Shown here piece by piece: positions 9,764-19,679 of a stretch of 64,000 bases of DNA (within the stretch, counting starts at the first letter, position 1; the number at the start of each line of letters is the position of its first letter). A program made the translations under genes and the position numbers. Under the pieces are notes generated by a model, which worked only from the letters and a program-made list of their open reading frames with translations, was not told where the DNA came from and ran no database searches. This DNA is from an uncultured Desulfatitalea sp. GTDB taxonomy: Bacteria > Desulfobacterota > Desulfobacteria > Desulfobacterales > Desulfosarcinaceae. The stretch spans positions 896,001 to 960,000 of the forward strand of contig CAXXMB010000002.1 of NCBI GenBank assembly GCA_963668675.2. The letters run 5' to 3'.

Positions 9764-12271
9764 TCAACCTTCAGGCACCTTAAACGGTTTCACCGCCACA
9801 ATCAGCCATGGCAGCAATGTCAACGCGGCCAACAACGCCACCAGCATGGCCAGTCCGGTAAAGAGGCCGAAATAGATGGTCGGCCAGAAGTTGGAGAGTG
9901 CCAGGATAGAAAATCCGATGATAATGGTGACCGAAGTGTAGTACATGGCATGGCCGATGCTGCCGTGGCAGCGATGCATGCTCTGGTAGTAGTCGCCGTC
10001 CCGCTTGATCTCTTCCCGGAAGCGGTAGATGTAGTGGATGGTGTCGTCCACGGCAATGCCCACGCTGATGGCGGCGATGGTGATGGTCATCATATCCAGG
10101 GGGATATCAAGCCAGCCCATGACGCTGATCACCGCGCCGGCCGACAAAAGGTTGGGAAACAGAGCAATCAGGGCCAGACGCACCGATCGAAAAAGCACCA
10201 GGAACATCAGCAGCAAAGCCAGGGCCACCACGCCCATGGTCTTGATCTGGGAAGAGAAGAGGCTCTGCAGCATGTTGTTGTAGAGGACCATGGTGCCGGC
10301 CAGGTGCACGCGGTCGGGGGCCAAGCCGAGCTTGCCGGTCAGATCGCGCTTGATCTGCTTGAGCAGGGCATCTCGGTCTATCGTCTTGAGCGAATCGATG
10401 ATGCGCACCGAGAATCGGGCCTCATTGTCCTTGATGGAGAGATAGGGCCTGAGAATCAGCTCCTTGTATTTGTCAGGCAGCTTGGTATAGAGCACCGCCA
10501 TGGAGATACTGTCCAGGGACTTGCCGTCGTTGAGGTTGCGACCGATCTTCATCAGGGTGGCAAGGCTGAGCAGCTTACCGGTCTCAGGCAAACTGTCGAT
10601 GTAGTCGTGGACCTTCTCGATGGTCTCCAGGCGGTCGTCGAAAAACCAGTACTTGTCGTAGTCTTCCGCCCCGGATTTGGCGTAGGGGTTGAGGAAGGCG
10701 TCCTCCTCCTCATCGGGCTGGGCAAACTGCTTCAGATCGATGTCGTCGAACTGTACGATCACATCCAGCGGTGTCGTGCCACCCAGCTTCTGGTCGATGA
10801 GCTTCATGCCCTGGTAGATTTCGGTGGAGGTCTTAAAGTAGTCGATAAAGCTGTTCTCCACGCGCAAACGGGAGATGCCGACCACGGTGAGGAGCGACAG
10901 GGCGCAGGTGGCGACCAGTATGATCGTTCCTTGAAACTGGGTAAAGCGTCCCAGCGCCGCGGTCAGGGAGAATCCGGAATGGCGGGCCTTTTTCTTCGGA
11001 AGCTCTCTCTTCTTGACCAGAATGACGGCGGCCGGAAAAAGCACGAACGTCAGTAGAAGCGAAAGCACCAACCCGGCACTCATCATCCAGCCGAAATTGA
11101 TGACCGGTTTGATATCGCACATTACCAGCGAGCTGAATCCGGCGATGGTGGTCAGGGCCGCGTAGACGCAAGGGACGAATTTGGTGCGCACCGTGTCGTG
11201 CACCAATGTGCGCTGATCTTTCGATGGATCGGTGCGGTGAAACTCGCGATAGCGCACGATGAGATGGACCGCGATGGCCAGCGTCATGATCAGCTGCAGG
11301 GAGATGAAGTTCGATGAGATGACGGTCACCTCCCAACCGAACATGGCCAGGATGCCCAACATGGCGACAACCGAGAGAAAGCAGCAGAGCATGGGCAGCA
11401 CGACCCAGAGCGGTCTCCGGAAGATGATGCCCAGCATCAGCACCAGCAGGGCGAAGACGCCGATGCCGAACATCTTCAAATCGTTGCGCACAAAGGAGAT
11501 CATGTCGTCCTGGATCATGCTTATGCCGCCGAGGAACAGGTCGGCCCCGGAGCGGTAGCGCTGCATGATGGCCCGCACGGTCTTGATGTTCTCATGCTGG
11601 ATGGCGTTCAGCTGATCCAATCGGTCGCCGATCTGCCTTTGGAGCTCTCCCAGGGCGGCCTCGTCCGCATTGGTGAGCTGACTGTCGGCTCTCTTGTCCA
11701 GGTAGCCGTTGCGCGTTTCGATCAGGGATCGGTATTGCGCATCGGACTTCAAGTTGACGATGATGGCGGTGGTGTGCAGGTCCGTGCTGACAATGAGGTC
11801 GCGGTAGAAGGGGCTCTCGCTTAACTCCACCCTGGCCAACGACCGGTCGGTGCCCTCGGACTCCAGGGTTCGGATCCCCTCGGAGACCTCGGCATAGGAG
11901 ACCGGCGGGCTCTGGAACAGGGGCACATCCAGCAGGGTCATCACCGAGTCCGTCAACGGCAGCGGCTTCAGTTCATCCCTCAGGCGACCGATGGCAGCCA
12001 GGTTGTCGTCCGAGAGCAGCTCTCCACTCTTGGGGGTATACGCGATCAGCAGAAAGTCGTTGGCCCCGTAGCGGGAGACCACCTCTCTGGAGTAGCGCAG
12101 GTCGCGATCGTTCTCCAGCAGCAGCGTCTCCGCCGATGCGTCGATGCGAAAATTCCTGGCCTGATACCCCAGCAATGCAATGATGGCTACCAGGATCAGG
12201 ATGACGGGCAACGGGTGCTCGAGCACCAGTTGGGTATACCAGCGAAGTGCAGAATCGGCAGCTTTTTTCAT
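9764..12271 (-). CDS. MMPL/RND superfamily exporter
   Basis: Two sets of TM helices with large periplasmic loops; LTTIAGFSSL and GIAVDDTIH. Confidence 0.9.
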   Translation of the reverse strand: MKKAADSALRWYTQLVLEHPLPVILILVAIIALLGYQARNFRIDASAETLLLENDRDLRYSREVVSRYGANDFLLIAYTPKSGELLSDDNLAAIGRLRDELKPLPLTDSVMTLLDVPLFQSPPVSYAEVSEGIRTLESEGTDRSLARVELSESPFYRDLIVSTDLHTTAIIVNLKSDAQYRSLIETRNGYLDKRADSQLTNADEAALGELQRQIGDRLDQLNAIQHENIKTVRAIMQRYRSGADLFLGGISMIQDDMISFVRNDLKMFGIGVFALLVLMLGIIFRRPLWVVLPMLCCFLSVVAMLGILAMFGWEVTVISSNFISLQLIMTLAIAVHLIVRYREFHRTDPSKDQRTLVHDTVRTKFVPCVYAALTTIAGFSSLVMCDIKPVINFGWMMSAGLVLSLLLTFVLFPAAVILVKKRELPKKKARHSGFSLTAALGRFTQFQGTIILVATCALSLLTVVGISRLRVENSFIDYFKTSTEIYQGMKLIDQKLGGTTPLDVIVQFDDIDLKQFAQPDEEEDAFLNPYAKSGAEDYDKYWFFDDRLETIEKVHDYIDSLPETGKLLSLATLMKIGRNLNDGKSLDSISMAVLYTKLPDKYKELILRPYLSIKDNEARFSVRIIDSLKTIDRDALLKQIKRDLTGKLGLAPDRVHLAGTMVLYNNMLQSLFSSQIKTMGVVALALLLMFLVLFRSVRLALIALFPNLLSAGAVISVMGWLDIPLDMMTITIAAISVGIAVDDTIHYIYRFREEIKRDGDYYQSMHRCHGSIGHAMYYTSVTIIIGFSILALSNFWPTIYFGLFTGLAMLVALLAALTLLPWLIVAVKPFKVPEG

Positions 12272-12545
12272 AGGTCTCCGTCAGATGAGCGTTAACGGCA
12301 GGTCTGTACAAACCGTACCGCAATTTTGCGGTAACAACAGGGTGTTCCGCTTATACCCGTTCAGCCGGCCGGGGTCAAGGAGCAGGCCTACCTGGGCAAA
12401 TATCTTGATCAAGGGTATGGACACCGGCGCACAGGTGTGATTAAACAAGGACCATTTCTCGGCCATTTTTGAACATCCGGCACGGATTGTCACGCGTGCG
12501 GGAATCCATTGTAAATACCAATCAAATGCTCAGGAGGAGAGACGA

Positions 12546-14627
12546 ATGGTTGCGATTACCGAAGCTGTATCATTGGAAAAACAAGGGGAAATCGGCGTAT
12601 TGTGGATCGACAATCCCCCGGTCAATGCACTGGGGCATCCGGTGCGCAAAGGGATGAACGACGGCATCACCATGGCGATGAACGACGACGAAATCAAAGC
12701 CATCGTGGTCATTTGCAAGGGACGCACCTTTTGTGCCGGAGCCGATATCCGTGAATTCGGCAAGCCGCCGCTGGAACCGCATCTGCCCGACGTGCTCAAC
12801 ACCTTCGATCAGTGCACCAAGCCGATCATCGCAGCCATTCACGGTACGGCCTTCGGCGGGGGGCTGGAGACAGCCCTGAGCTCTCACTTCCGCGTAGCCG
12901 TACCCACCGCCCAGTTCGGTCTGCCCGAAGTGAAACTCGGCCTGCTGCCCGGCGCCGGCGGCACCCAGCGCCTGCCGCGCCTGATCGGACCGGAGAAGGC
13001 CCTGCCCATGGTCGCCACCGGCAATCCCATTCCGGCCCCCAAGGCCTTGAAAGAGGGCGTAATCGATGAGATCGTGGAGGGCGACCTGGCCGAAGGCGCC
13101 ATCGCTTTCGCTAAAAAAGTGCTGGCCGAAAACCGTCCCTTGCGGCAAGTAAGCGCCATGACCGAAAAGATCGACGAGGCGCGCAGCAAACCAGAGATCT
13201 TCGCCGACTACCGCAAGCAACTCGCCAAACGCGCCCGCGGGTTCGAAGCGCCCGAGGCGTGCGTCAAAGCCGTCGAAGCAGCGGTCAACAAACCCTTTGC
13301 CGAAGGCCTCAAATACGAGCGTGAACTCTTCGCCGAGTTGATGAAGGGCTCCCAGTCGGCCGCCCAACGCTACTACTTCTTTGCCGAACGCCAGGTGGCC
13401 AAGATTCCCGACATCCCCAAAGACACGCCGCTGATCGACATAAAAAAGGTGGGCATCATCGGCGCGGGCACCATGGGCGGCGGCATCACCATGAACTTCG
13501 TCAATGCCGGCATCCCCGTCACCCTGGTCGAGGCTAAGCAGGAGTTCCTGGACCGCGGGCTGGGCGTGATCAGAAAGAACTACGAAATCACGGCGTCCAA
13601 GGGCAAGATGTCATCCGAGGACGTAGAAAAGCGCATGGGCCTGATCACCGGCACCACCAGCATGGACGACCTGGCCGACGTAGACCTGGTGATCGAGGCG
13701 GTCTTCGAGAACATGGACCTGAAAAAGGAGATCTTCACCAAACTGGACGCCATCTGCAAAGAGGGCGCCATCCTGGCCACCAACACCTCCTATCTGAATG
13801 TCGATGAAATCGCGGCCATGACCAAGCGACCCGAATCTGTGCTGGGAATGCACTTTTTCAGCCCGGCCAACGTGATGCGCCTGCTCGAAGTGGTGCGAGG
13901 CGCCAAGACCGCCCTGCCGGTGCTGGCCACTGCCATGGCCATCGCGAAAAAAATCAAGAAGGTGGCCGTAATGGTGGGCGTCTGCTTCGGCTTCGCCGGC
14001 AACCGCATGTTCGCCCAGCGTAAACGCGAGGTGGACAAGCTGGTGCTCGAAGGCGCCAAACCGGCCCAGTTGGACAAGGTGATCTACGACTTCGGCTTCC
14101 CCATGGGCCCGGTCCAACTGCTCGACCTGATCGGCATAGACCTGGGCTGGAGCAAGGAGAACTCCAACAGCGAGACCATGCAGCAGATCCTGTGTGAAAA
14201 TGAACGCTTCGGCCTGAAAAACGGCAAAGGATACTACAACTACGATAAGGGCAGCCGTGTGCCCAAACCGGCGCCCGAAGTGGAGCAGATGATTGCCGAC
14301 CTGGCAAAAAAGAAGGGCTACACGCCCCGCGAGATCTCAGACGAGGAGATCATCCAGCGCTGCATCTACCCGATCATCAACGAAGGCGCCAAGATCCTGG
14401 AAGAGAAGATCGCCGTTCGCCCCAGCGACCTGGATGTGATCTGGATCAACGGATACGGCTGGCCGGTCTACCGCGGCGGCCCCATGTTCTATGCCGACCT
14501 GGTCGGTCTGGACAAGATCCTCGAGGTGATGAAAAAGTTCCAGGCCGAGCACGGAGACGACTTCAAACCCGCCCCCTTGCTGGAAAAACTGGTCAAGGAA
14601 GGCAAAAACTTCAGCTCGCTGAACTAA
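12546..14627 (+). CDS. fadB: Enoyl-CoA hydratase / 3-hydroxyacyl-CoA dehydrogenase (FadB/PimF-like)
   Basis: [54 protein letters not shown]. Confidence 0.93.
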   Translation: MVAITEAVSLEKQGEIGVLWIDNPPVNALGHPVRKGMNDGITMAMNDDEIKAIVVICKGRTFCAGADIREFGKPPLEPHLPDVLNTFDQCTKPIIAAIHGTAFGGGLETALSSHFRVAVPTAQFGLPEVKLGLLPGAGGTQRLPRLIGPEKALPMVATGNPIPAPKALKEGVIDEIVEGDLAEGAIAFAKKVLAENRPLRQVSAMTEKIDEARSKPEIFADYRKQLAKRARGFEAPEACVKAVEAAVNKPFAEGLKYERELFAELMKGSQSAAQRYYFFAERQVAKIPDIPKDTPLIDIKKVGIIGAGTMGGGITMNFVNAGIPVTLVEAKQEFLDRGLGVIRKNYEITASKGKMSSEDVEKRMGLITGTTSMDDLADVDLVIEAVFENMDLKKEIFTKLDAICKEGAILATNTSYLNVDEIAAMTKRPESVLGMHFFSPANVMRLLEVVRGAKTALPVLATAMAIAKKIKKVAVMVGVCFGFAGNRMFAQRKREVDKLVLEGAKPAQLDKVIYDFGFPMGPVQLLDLIGIDLGWSKENSNSETMQQILCENERFGLKNGKGYYNYDKGSRVPKPAPEVEQMIADLAKKKGYTPREISDEEIIQRCIYPIINEGAKILEEKIAVRPSDLDVIWINGYGWPVYRGGPMFYADLVGLDKILEVMKKFQAEHGDDFKPAPLLEKLVKEGKNFSSLN

Positions 14628-14686
14628 AACGAATACCGGACAACCTTGCGCTGTAGAGAGGGTGGTTCGGACATCGCCAGACGTAC

Positions 14687-14728
14687 GAATCGGGATGGGC
14701 AGACCACAGTGGCGGCCCATCCCGATTC
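14687..14728. repeat. 14-bp perfect-stem hairpin downstream of fadB-like gene
   Basis: GAATCGGGATGGGC-N14-GCCCATCCCGATTC; no clear U-tract. Confidence 0.55.
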
Positions 14729-14997
14729 ACTTCGCCCTTGCAGCACCATCCTGCATCGTGGCACAATAGCGCTGACTGCACATCAAACGGGCGCCCTATC
14801 ACCGACCTCAACCCAATCAGGCCGGCAGGCTGCCTGCGTACGGCAATACGTACATCGCCAATTCGTCCCAAACTGGTTTAAATCCTCTGCCTGAGAGAGG
14901 TTGCATGAGCCTGCAGACACCTCGGGGAGCTCTTTAGAATGTGCCCTTCAGGTTCGCCTGCCCCCCTCGGGCCTGTGAAAACGCCAACCCATGTGGG

Positions 14998-17900
14998 ATG
15001 AAGATGAAAAGACACAACGCCCCTGCTTCAAACGGGTCGAACCGGCTGGCCGGTCTCGTCCTGGCCTGCTTTTTCCTCTCCGGCACCACGGCCCTGATCT
15101 ACGAGATCATCTGGATGCGGATGATGTCGCGTATCGTCGGTGGCGCCCCTTATGCTGTGAGCACAATACTGGTGGTCTTCATGGGGGGGATGGGACTGGG
15201 CAGCTTCCTTGCCAGCCGCAGGGCCGACCGGGTACAATCCACACGGCTCATCCGGGTGTACGGCGGTCTGGAGCTGGCCGTGGGCCTCTACGCCCTGCTC
15301 GTCCCCTTTCTGCTCATGCTTCTCAAGGCGCTCTATGGGCTCCTGTACAACCGCCTCTTCGAATTCCCATTGGCGTACAACCTGAGCATCTTTATCGGCG
15401 CGGTGGTCTTGCTCTCCCTGCCGGCGGTCTGCATGGGAGCCACCCTGCCGATCCTCTGCCGCTTCTATGTCAACCGGCTTTCCCACGTGGGCACCCACTC
15501 CGGCCGGCTGTATGGCCTGAACACCATCGGCGCCGCGCTGGGGTCTCTGCTGTGCGGCTTCTGGATGATCAACCATCTGGGTGTATGGGGCACCATGCTT
15601 GCAGCGGTGGTGATCAACTGCACCATCGGCCTGGTCTGCCTGAATTTAGGTGCCGACAAAAGCTCCCATGGGAAAGAGCACCGCAAGTCTCCCAAAGCCC
15701 TGGCTGAAAAGGTCCAAGCGGAAAACGCTTTGGTCGGCCAGCATCCCGTCATGATCCGCGGCGCCCTGATCATCATTATGGTCTCCGGCTTCTGCGCCAT
15801 GGCCTACGAGGTGCTGTGGACCAAACTGCTGGGATTGATCGTCGGCCCCACCACCTACTCGTTCACCATCGTCCTGGTGACCTTTATCGTCGGCCTGGCA
15901 CTGGGCAACCTGACCTTCGGCCGGATCGCCGATCGGACCGGAAATCCCATCGGAATGTTGGTCGCCACCCAGCTCGCCGCCGCGCTGCTGGCCCTGCTCT
16001 TCAGCCAAGTCATCGGCAACAGCCAGCTCTTCTTCGCCAAGCTGATCTACACCTTCAAAGATCACTTCGCTCTGCTCTCACTGGCCAAAGCACTGGTGCT
16101 TTTTGCAATGATGATCTGGCCCACATTTTTCCTGGGAGCTGCTTTTCCCCTGGTGGCCCGGATCTATACTCGCTCGGTGGCAGCTGTTGGCCGCTCCATC
16201 GGGGTCGCCTACACCATCAACACCATCGGTGCGGTACTGGGTTCCTTTTGTGCTGGATTTCTTCTGATCCCCCTGATCGGCAAAGAGAACGGATTGCGGC
16301 TGGCCATCGGCTTGCAGTTGACCGCTGCACTGGTCATTGGCGGCATCTTGCTGATTCGGCAGCGCACCGGCGCCATCCGGTGGGCAGCACTGGTGGTGTC
16401 ATTGGCCGCCGGAGGGGCGCTCTGCACCGCCTACCCCTCGTGGAACCGCCAACTGCTGGCCATGGGCAAATACCACCGATTCGAAGAGACGGTAGTGATC
16501 GATGAGATGATCCACAACACCGGCTGGCTGGCGGCCCTCTACAGAGGATCCGACATTCTCGCCGCAGCCGACAGGGGCAGACTGGTCTACTACGGCGACG
16601 GCATCGGCGGATTCACCACGGTGCTCAAGTTCCCCGGCCCATTCGGCATCGCCGAGTACTCCATGGCCAATAGCGGCAAAATGGACGCTTCATCCTTCGG
16701 CGACATGAAGACCCAGACCCTGTTGGCCCACTTCCCCCTGCTCTTCTCGCCGGACGCCAAGCGCGTGATGGTGCTCGGGCTGGCCAGCGGCATCACAGCG
16801 GGTGAAGTACTGCACTATCCGGTCGAACAGCTCGATGTGGTCGACATCAACGACCGGGTCTTTGAAGCGGCCCGCCATTTCGAGCCCTGGAACAATGGAG
16901 TATTGGATCACCCCAACGTTCGATTGATCCTCCAGGACGGCATGGCCCACCTGTCGCTGACCGACACCGCCTACGACGTCATCATCTCGGAGCCGTCCAA
17001 CCCGTGGATGGCCGGCATGTCCTCTCTCTTTACGAAGGAGTTCTTCGAACAGGCCCGGAAGCGGCTGACCGAAAACGGCATCTACATTCAGTGGTTTCAT
17101 TGCTACCAGATGGATTGGCCCACCTTTGCCCTGATCGGGCGGACCTTTTCCCAGGTCTTTCCCCAGGGCCTGCTGGTCTCGGCCGAACCGGGCGGACTGG
17201 CCAAGGATTTTCTCTTCGTGGGGTTGAAGGGAGACAGGGGATTGGACTGGGATGCGGCTGCCCGCAACAGCCGCTTCGCCGCAACATCGAACAATATCCG
17301 TCTTTCCGACCCACAACTTCTCTACCGCCTGATCGTCTCCGAAGATCTCCGACGCCTCTTTGGACCGGGACCGATCAATACCGATAGAAGGCCACTGCTC
17401 GAGTATGCCGCACCGAAATTGATGTTTGAAGGTCAGCGAACGCAGCAGGCCCTGCTGCAAACCATCGTTCGCCGCACCTGGCTGAGTCCCGCCACGCGTC
17501 AGGCAAATCAACGACTCCGTGCTTCGGTGGAGCGCCAGATCGACTTTGCCGCCTATGCCCTGTCGGTGCACGCGCCCTTTTCCGGGATGGTGGACCTGGA
17601 CCGCGCTTCGCCGACCCAGCGTGATCGATATACCGCCATAATGACCGATTACTGCGGCAACAACCCGATCAACTATGCTGTCGTCAAGGACCCGGTGTTG
17701 ATAGAAGCCATGCGAAAGCGCCAGATTGGAGCGATCCAGAGCATACTTCCGAAAATGGACAACCAGGCCCCGGCTCACGCCTACCTGGCCAAACTCTTCA
17801 CCGATCAGGGCATGGCCGGCGAAGCCATCAAGAGCTATCGGGAGATCGTACGCCTCGATCCTGGCAATGCCACGGCCCACAACGACCTGGGGTTCATGCT

Positions 17901-18456
17901 CTACCAACGCGGAGAGGTTGCGGATGCGATCAAGCACTTCCGGGCCGCCGTGGCGATACGACCCAACTTCCTGACGGCCTTGGGCAATCTGGCCCTGGCC
18001 CTGCTCAGCCAGGATCAACTGGATGAAGCACAACACTACTTCGAGGAGACACTGAGGGTGCGCCCCGGCATGGCCGAGGCCCACTACCGGGTAGGAACGA
18101 TTCTCTACCGGAAGGGGCAGTTCGGGGCTGCTGCAGCCCATCTCAATAAAGCGCTCCGCATCGCCCCCGATATGGTCGAGGGGCTCGACGCGATGGCCAT
18201 GCTCCAGGCCACGGCCACGGACCGGCGCGTCAGGAACCCGAAGCGCGCCATCGGCTACGCCCGAAAGGCATGCACCCTCACCGATGAGAAGGATCCGCGG
18301 ATGCTCTCGACCCTCGCGGTGGCCTATGCGGCCGACCGGCAGACCGAACGCTCCCGCCAGACCGCCCGGCAGGCGATCGAACTGGCCAGGGTATCGGGGC
18401 GTGAGGAGATAGTGGAAGTGGTGCAGGTGAAATTGAAGGATATTCTGATTCAGTAG
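14998..18456 (+). CDS. Fused membrane (MFS-like)/spermidine synthase-like protein with C-terminal TPRs (start uncertain)
   Basis: Duplicated TM blocks (SGTTALIYEIIW; LYGLNTIGA); SAM-binding VLGLASGITA, YDVIISEPSNPW; TPR repeats. Confidence 0.88.
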   Translation: MKMKRHNAPASNGSNRLAGLVLACFFLSGTTALIYEIIWMRMMSRIVGGAPYAVSTILVVFMGGMGLGSFLASRRADRVQSTRLIRVYGGLELAVGLYALLVPFLLMLLKALYGLLYNRLFEFPLAYNLSIFIGAVVLLSLPAVCMGATLPILCRFYVNRLSHVGTHSGRLYGLNTIGAALGSLLCGFWMINHLGVWGTMLAAVVINCTIGLVCLNLGADKSSHGKEHRKSPKALAEKVQAENALVGQHPVMIRGALIIIMVSGFCAMAYEVLWTKLLGLIVGPTTYSFTIVLVTFIVGLALGNLTFGRIADRTGNPIGMLVATQLAAALLALLFSQVIGNSQLFFAKLIYTFKDHFALLSLAKALVLFAMMIWPTFFLGAAFPLVARIYTRSVAAVGRSIGVAYTINTIGAVLGSFCAGFLLIPLIGKENGLRLAIGLQLTAALVIGGILLIRQRTGAIRWAALVVSLAAGGALCTAYPSWNRQLLAMGKYHRFEETVVIDEMIHNTGWLAALYRGSDILAAADRGRLVYYGDGIGGFTTVLKFPGPFGIAEYSMANSGKMDASSFGDMKTQTLLAHFPLLFSPDAKRVMVLGLASGITAGEVLHYPVEQLDVVDINDRVFEAARHFEPWNNGVLDHPNVRLILQDGMAHLSLTDTAYDVIISEPSNPWMAGMSSLFTKEFFEQARKRLTENGIYIQWFHCYQMDWPTFALIGRTFSQVFPQGLLVSAEPGGLAKDFLFVGLKGDRGLDWDAAARNSRFAATSNNIRLSDPQLLYRLIVSEDLRRLFGPGPINTDRRPLLEYAAPKLMFEGQRTQQALLQTIVRRTWLSPATRQANQRLRASVERQIDFAAYALSVHAPFSGMVDLDRASPTQRDRYTAIMTDYCGNNPINYAVVKDPVLIEAMRKRQIGAIQSILPKMDNQAPAHAYLAKLFTDQGMAGEAIKSYREIVRLDPGNATAHNDLGFMLYQRGEVADAIKHFRAAVAIRPNFLTALGNLALALLSQDQLDEAQHYFEETLRVRPGMAEAHYRVGTILYRKGQFGAAAAHLNKALRIAPDMVEGLDAMAMLQATATDRRVRNPKRAIGYARKACTLTDEKDPRMLSTLAVAYAADRQTERSRQTARQAIELARVSGREEIVEVVQVKLKDILIQ

Positions 18457-18562
18457 TGTAAAATGGTTGTGTTGGTCAGCAGTAAAATCATTCGCTGAAG
18501 GCGTGGAGCCCCTGCTCTCTGACCACCTCACCTCCATAGGTAGGTTGAATTGAGGAGCGATC

Positions 18563-19609
18563 TTACCCCGCTGCTTTTCGCAGCAGCCACTCAGCGCCGT
18601 ATTTAAAATTTACTTTTCTCCAAAGCATAGCCGCCCCGGTGAAAAAGATCAGGATCGCGAAAGTGCCGACGATGGTTTTGGTGAATGGGAGACAGCGCCA
18701 GAACTGAAAATAGATTGCCGATTCGCGGACCACCGCAACATGAACGATGAGAATGGTCAGTGATGCGCGTCCGAGAGACACCAGGATATTGGAGGGACGC
18801 AGGGAGATGCTTCTGGCCAGGGTGACGAAACCGTAGATCAGCAGCAGTGCCGTGGCGAGCAAAAAGAGGGTGATGGGTGTCAGGGCGGGATAGAACGAGG
18901 GGAACCATTTGAAGAAGCGGATCCAGGTGATCGTCCGGATCGCCTGCCACCCGGTGGCGTGTATCCCAACTAAAACGGCCATAACCATCAGCAGTCCGGC
19001 TCCCAGTTGCCATAATCGCTCGGAGTGTCCGGCCAGCAGCCATCGTCCGGCCAGCATGCCGGCCATGAAGAAGGCGATCCATGGGAAGATGGGGAAAAAG
19101 CCTTCGGCCAACGCAAACCGAAAAATCCCTCCCGGCTTGGTTGGGACTGCCATGTGGCGGTTGTAGAGTTTGGGGGGGGTCTCCAATCCGATCTGGATCA
19201 GGATGGTGACGACGATCACCGCCAGCATGGCGACCAGCAGTACCGGATTGGTCGCCCGCCTCAAAAGGGGCGTCATCACCAGGGCGGTTCCAATCATGTG
19301 AAGCACATACCAAGATTGGGGGGAGAACCAGTGGGGCGTCAAAACATTGAGCAGAAATCCGAATGCGATCACCATGATCCCCCTGATCAAAAAAAGCCGG
19401 TCGCAGTTCGGGTGGCGCGTAGCGGTCAGGGTGGCCCCCACACCGGCCAGGGTCACGAAGATAGGCGCCGCCAGTCCGCCCATGGCGCCGGTGATCCGAA
19501 CGATCCAATTGCCGCTCGGCAGGCCGCAGAGCCAATAGGTCACGTGCTGGGTGATCATCAGCAAAACCGCAAGGCCTCTTAGGGCATCAATGTTCAACCA
19601 TCGATTCAT
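18563..19609 (-). CDS. DUF1624 / heparan-alpha-glucosaminide N-acetyltransferase-like membrane acyltransferase
   Basis: IDALRGLAVLLMITQH, APIFVTLAG, VLHMIG, FPIFPW, LGRASLTILIVH. Confidence 0.85.
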   Translation of the reverse strand: MNRWLNIDALRGLAVLLMITQHVTYWLCGLPSGNWIVRITGAMGGLAAPIFVTLAGVGATLTATRHPNCDRLFLIRGIMVIAFGFLLNVLTPHWFSPQSWYVLHMIGTALVMTPLLRRATNPVLLVAMLAVIVVTILIQIGLETPPKLYNRHMAVPTKPGGIFRFALAEGFFPIFPWIAFFMAGMLAGRWLLAGHSERLWQLGAGLLMVMAVLVGIHATGWQAIRTITWIRFFKWFPSFYPALTPITLFLLATALLLIYGFVTLARSISLRPSNILVSLGRASLTILIVHVAVVRESAIYFQFWRCLPFTKTIVGTFAILIFFTGAAMLWRKVNFKYGAEWLLRKAAG

Positions 19610-19679
19610 CGCACCCGCCTTATACGTGCAGTAGGGGCTGAGTATCAAGTTCTAAAAATCCTGGGCCGAACCCTGTTTT

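Noticed and set aside
9707..11056. 449-aa ORF on the + strand
   Set aside because: Antisense shadow of the MMPL gene; typical of GC-rich codon bias and has no motifs.
16690..18537. 615-aa ORF on the - strand
   Set aside because: Antisense shadow of the spermidine-synthase-like gene.
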